Virus record (IMG/VR): IMGVR_UViG_3300012665_001179
Length of the DNA: 20,000 nucleotides
Source of the DNA: an uncultured virus (IMG/VR IMGVR_UViG_3300012665_001179)
Taxonomy: Duplodnaviria; Heunggongvirae; Uroviricota; Caudoviricetes
Strand: one strand, 5' to 3'
The position numbers were made by a program, and so were the translations under genes. Positions 16,757 to 20,000 of this stretch are shown here, one piece after another. Numbering within the stretch: the first letter of the stretch is position 1; each line of letters starts with the position of its first letter. The notes beneath the pieces are model-generated. The model was not told the DNA's origin, searched no databases, and saw only the letters and a list, made by a program, of their open reading frames with translations.

Positions 16757-17148
16757 TAATCCTCGTCTTCATCCTCCGATACGAGGGAATTAATAGTATC
16801 TTCATCGCCAACTTGTGCATAGAAGTCATAATATCCTTCATCGGTAATATAATATATCACGTACAAATATATGATATGGTCTTCATTATCATATTGTTTT
16901 AAATCGAAAGTGATTTCATCACCTTCTTGGTCGAAATCATACATGACAGGCATATCTAGTCCGAAACGATAAAGACATTTTCGAATCTTTTGTATGCCTG
17001 CATGTACATCCATTATTAAACCATCAGATAATTCTCGGTTTAATAATGAATTAATTTCTCCAACGACCATTGGATTATCAATCGAAGAGGATGCACGTTG
17101 AGTCGGCTCATGTGCATCATGAGCCTGACCTGTAATAATATTAGACAT
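16756..17148 (-). CDS. Acidic hypothetical protein
   Basis: 130-aa ORF with 1-nt TAATG overlaps at both ends. Confidence 0.75.
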   Translation of the reverse strand: MSNIITGQAHDAHEPTQRASSSIDNPMVVGEINSLLNRELSDGLIMDVHAGIQKIRKCLYRFGLDMPVMYDFDQEGDEITFDLKQYDNEDHIIYLYVIYYITDEGYYDFYAQVGDEDTINSLVSEDEDED

Positions 17149-17948
17149 TAGTTGAGCTGTTCGTCATCAGCACCATCGCTAGTCATAGAACGCATTGGAA
17201 CTAAAGTTTCATACGTTACACGACCTGCACGACCACCGGTACCTTCTTCACGTAAATTCCAACCTGGTGTTACTCCGCCTTTACGACCTTCAGCGCCAGT
17301 TAAAGCAATGCTTACTTGAGTACCAACACCACCTGTACCACCAACTACAACAGCAGCAGTATTTGATTGATAACCTTCACCAGCAGCAGTCAATCTAGCA
17401 TTTAATAGACTAAATGTTAAACTTGCTGTGAAACCTGTACCGCTACCAGTATTAGATGTGAATGGATTGTTAGTAACTGTAGGTAATACTGTGTAATCAC
17501 CAGCAGTTGAAATTGAAACGCCAGTTACATTACCATTAGCATTTACAGAGGTAACTGTAAGAACTGCGGAAGTTCCTGTACCGCCAGTAGCTGTGAAGGT
17601 ATTACCTACACGATAACCACTACCATTTGCTGTAATTGCTGTGCCAGTTACACTAGCATTTGTAGCTACAGTTGCTTGTGAAGTATTTGCACCAGTAATA
17701 GTAACTGTTGGTAATGCTGTGAAGCCAGAACCACCTGAAGTTACTGTAACAGATGAGATATTACCAGTAGTTACACCAGTAATTTCATCGGTAGAAATAC
17801 CGAATAAACCTACTTTTAGATTTGGAACGAATGCACTTGTTGTAGTGTTAGCATACAACGTTTGACCGTTTGCAGAGACTCCTAGTCCACCAGCGACTGG
17901 TATGTTAGGCGCTGTTGCACTGGAATCTGTACTTTTATATAAAGACAT
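17148..17948 (-). CDS. Putative virion structural protein, Thr/Gly-rich with internal repeats
   Basis: Repeats TSGGSGFTALPTVT / ANGSGY / TAGDYTVLPTVT / AAGEGY; C-terminal GWNLREEGTGGRAGRVTYETLV; SD AGGAG; late promoter upstream. Confidence 0.7.
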   Translation of the reverse strand: MSLYKSTDSSATAPNIPVAGGLGVSANGQTLYANTTTSAFVPNLKVGLFGISTDEITGVTTGNISSVTVTSGGSGFTALPTVTITGANTSQATVATNASVTGTAITANGSGYRVGNTFTATGGTGTSAVLTVTSVNANGNVTGVSISTAGDYTVLPTVTNNPFTSNTGSGTGFTASLTFSLLNARLTAAGEGYQSNTAAVVVGGTGGVGTQVSIALTGAEGRKGGVTPGWNLREEGTGGRAGRVTYETLVPMRSMTSDGADDEQLN

Positions 17949-17975
17949 CTTTTTCTCCTAATGAGTTATTGTTAT

Positions 17976-17983
17976 TATTTATA
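17976..17983 (-). promoter_or_regulatory. T4 late promoter TATAAATA (perfect)
   Basis: Exact gp55 consensus, overlapping the TAA of the 647-aa gene, 27 nt upstream of the next ATG. Confidence 0.8.
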
Positions 17984-19922
17984 CGTTATCTACCTTTTGT
18001 ACCTGAGAGTTTAGTTCAGGTTCAGGTTCAAATTTGTCATTACCTTTGTTCTTTTCTTTTGCTTTCTTAACTGCTTCACGTACAATTTGTGCTTTACGTG
18101 ACTCTTGTATTTGCACTGATTCAGGTACGCAATTTGGAACTTGTCTGCCACCTTTATTTTTCATGCCTTTCATACGATAACCTGTCCAGCATGCTTCATC
18201 CATTTCCTCTGTAGATTCAGAAACTTTAGCAGTTTGCTTCTTCATAGCATTTCTAGCTAAATCACGAGCACGGGACATTGGTGTATGTTTTGCACCTGAC
18301 TTATCTGTTACAGTTCCGCCTGTAGATTTTTTGTAAGGAGGATCAAAAGGTGGTGAGTATTTTTGTTTCAAATACTTGTCAACTTTACGATCATATTCAT
18401 CTTTAGGTTTCTTAGCAACAGGAGTGGCATTTGGAGAAGGAACAAATGAATTAACTGCTTCATCGATCTCACTCATCATATAGTTGGCAACTGTCGAAAT
18501 GTAATCTTCAGCAAGAGTGATCTTAGATTGAACCCACTCAGGAAGATTATCATTATCTTCCAACATGTCATGCACTCTTTGAGCATTGTTGATAATACTT
18601 TGTAATTGACCACGAGCCATATCGCCTTCGTAATCATACTCTGTTTTTTCTTTTGCTTCATTCAAACCATATTTCTTCTTGTACCAATCTGGAGTACCAG
18701 ACTTTTTACGGAAATAACGTACAGTTGCCGAATCATTTGCTTGGTCACGATATTTGTTTTCTGCTGTTGTATTGTGACCTTTCATTGCTTCTGCTGCCTT
18801 GTGTGCATCTTTAGCAATGTATTCTAATTCAGCATTAGTCTTTTTATGGTACTCATGGCCTTCTAATGGATGACGTTGTGATGCACGACCTTCGTCTAGA
18901 TGTTCAGATTCCTCTGAAACTGATTTCCATCCACCACCCATAGATTTATATTTTTTAGCTGCCCAACCATTAGCATATGCTGAAGGGTAAACATCAAACT
19001 TTGCTTTTGCTTGTGCTTTGGCTTGTGCCCATTTTTCAGGACTTGTAGGTACGTTTTTCTCTTCTAAGTTTTCCATATCTTCACTTATCTTTCCTTTTCC
19101 AAAATTGGAAACGTTGATTGGTTTTCCTTTTCGGTCAGCATCTGGATCGTGTTTGCGTTTAGAGGCAACAGCTGCAGCTCTTTCTTTTTTAGTTAGAGAT
19201 GCACGCTTTTCATTAGACATACATTTAGGTTTTGGCTCACCCTCTTCTCTTGCACACGGACCAATTGCTTCACCTTTACTATTGATTCTTTTCCATCCAC
19301 CTTCTGGATCATTTTTATCAAACCATTTTCTCAAATCTTCTTCTATTTCAACTTCTTCATGTAAATCAGCATGGCATGATCTATTTGGGCAACGATCTAC
19401 ATGATTCTTGAAGTTTTTTGCATCATCATGAGATTTAAATTTAAAGTAAGCACCTTTATCAGAAGCACCATCATATGTACCACCATGTTTTTTAAGTCCA
19501 GATACTACATGTTCAGTATCTTTTGCATCAGGTTCATCACCATATTTACTACCATCACTTACGTGAACTAAATGTTCTTCTTCAAGAGATTCAACTTCTT
19601 CTTTCATTGCATCAATCTCTTTTTGTTTCTGTGCTGCCATTTGTTTGTAATGTGAAGGATCAGGCAAACCAGATGCCTTACGTCTTGCAGCATGTTCACG
19701 TGCCAAACGTTCAGCAACAGATTCAGGAGGCATCTTAAAGTTTACTTTAATCTTAGCCTCTTGCATTGCACGTTTCTTCACATGATCTACTTGTTGTTGA
19801 AACTCTTGTGAAGAAACTGCATAATGCTCTTCATCATCAGAGGAACCTTTCGGTCCCTTGTCATGATTAGGATCCAATTTGGCAAAACGAATCGATTTAA
19901 ATACTTTAGATGCCTTCTTCAT
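17979..19922 (-). CDS. Modular Lys/Glu-rich protein, putative internal head protein or polyprotein
   Basis: Basic mini-domains separated by acidic linkers carrying (L/I/V/M)-x-E sites; SD GAGGA. Confidence 0.75.
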   Translation of the reverse strand: MKKASKVFKSIRFAKLDPNHDKGPKGSSDDEEHYAVSSQEFQQQVDHVKKRAMQEAKIKVNFKMPPESVAERLAREHAARRKASGLPDPSHYKQMAAQKQKEIDAMKEEVESLEEEHLVHVSDGSKYGDEPDAKDTEHVVSGLKKHGGTYDGASDKGAYFKFKSHDDAKNFKNHVDRCPNRSCHADLHEEVEIEEDLRKWFDKNDPEGGWKRINSKGEAIGPCAREEGEPKPKCMSNEKRASLTKKERAAAVASKRKHDPDADRKGKPINVSNFGKGKISEDMENLEEKNVPTSPEKWAQAKAQAKAKFDVYPSAYANGWAAKKYKSMGGGWKSVSEESEHLDEGRASQRHPLEGHEYHKKTNAELEYIAKDAHKAAEAMKGHNTTAENKYRDQANDSATVRYFRKKSGTPDWYKKKYGLNEAKEKTEYDYEGDMARGQLQSIINNAQRVHDMLEDNDNLPEWVQSKITLAEDYISTVANYMMSEIDEAVNSFVPSPNATPVAKKPKDEYDRKVDKYLKQKYSPPFDPPYKKSTGGTVTDKSGAKHTPMSRARDLARNAMKKQTAKVSESTEEMDEACWTGYRMKGMKNKGGRQVPNCVPESVQIQESRKAQIVREAVKKAKEKNKGNDKFEPEPELNSQVQKVDNV

Positions 19923-19924
19923 GA

Positions 19925-20000
19925 TTAATCCTCTTTAGCTCGTTTAGTAGCAGTTGCGTACATTACAGACTTAGCGTCTTTACCATAACGTTCTTTGAAA
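19925..20000 (-). CDS. 3' end of an upstream gene (partial)
   Basis: Translated by hand: ...FKERYGKDAKSVMYATATKRAKED*, stop 2 nt before the next ATG. The basic motif is of the same character as the modules in the 647-aa protein. Confidence 0.7.
   Translation of the reverse strand, partial: FKERYGKDAKSVMYATATKRAKED

Noticed and set aside
41..19738. All plus-strand ORFs and the nested minus-strand alternative-frame ORFs in the track (e.g. 3908-4339, 8041-8433, 13042-13497, 19018-19404)
   Set aside because: They overlap well-supported, tightly packed minus-strand genes and show no recognisable motifs; treated as shadow ORFs.
173..19927. Amber recoding, since no called gene ends in TAG
   Set aside because: Genes are full length in the standard code with no in-frame TAG interruptions; TAA preference is normal for an AT-rich phage.

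Overview
AT-rich, gene-dense segment of a T4-like myophage genome, with every credible gene on the minus strand. Spanins and an outer-membrane beta-barrel indicate a Gram-negative host. In transcription order (right to left) it holds: a late block of putative head/virion proteins, including a 647-aa protein that looks like a protease-cleaved polyprotein; an i-/o-spanin pair; three paralogous IPT/TIG-domain adhesin-like genes (one with five LamG repeats, one Gly-rich); a 3TM-type holin; and a replication/nucleotide block (primase, thyX, nrdA, a BPL-N/GATase-like protein, thioredoxin, nrdB). The most interesting part is the last unit: beta-barrel + PlcP-like phosphoesterase + GT2 glycosyltransferase + secreted protein, behind a T4-type late promoter abutting a Pho-box-like element. 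This is a candidate phage-encoded system for remodelling host membrane lipids and scavenging phosphate. All calls come from recognising motifs by eye; no searches were run.
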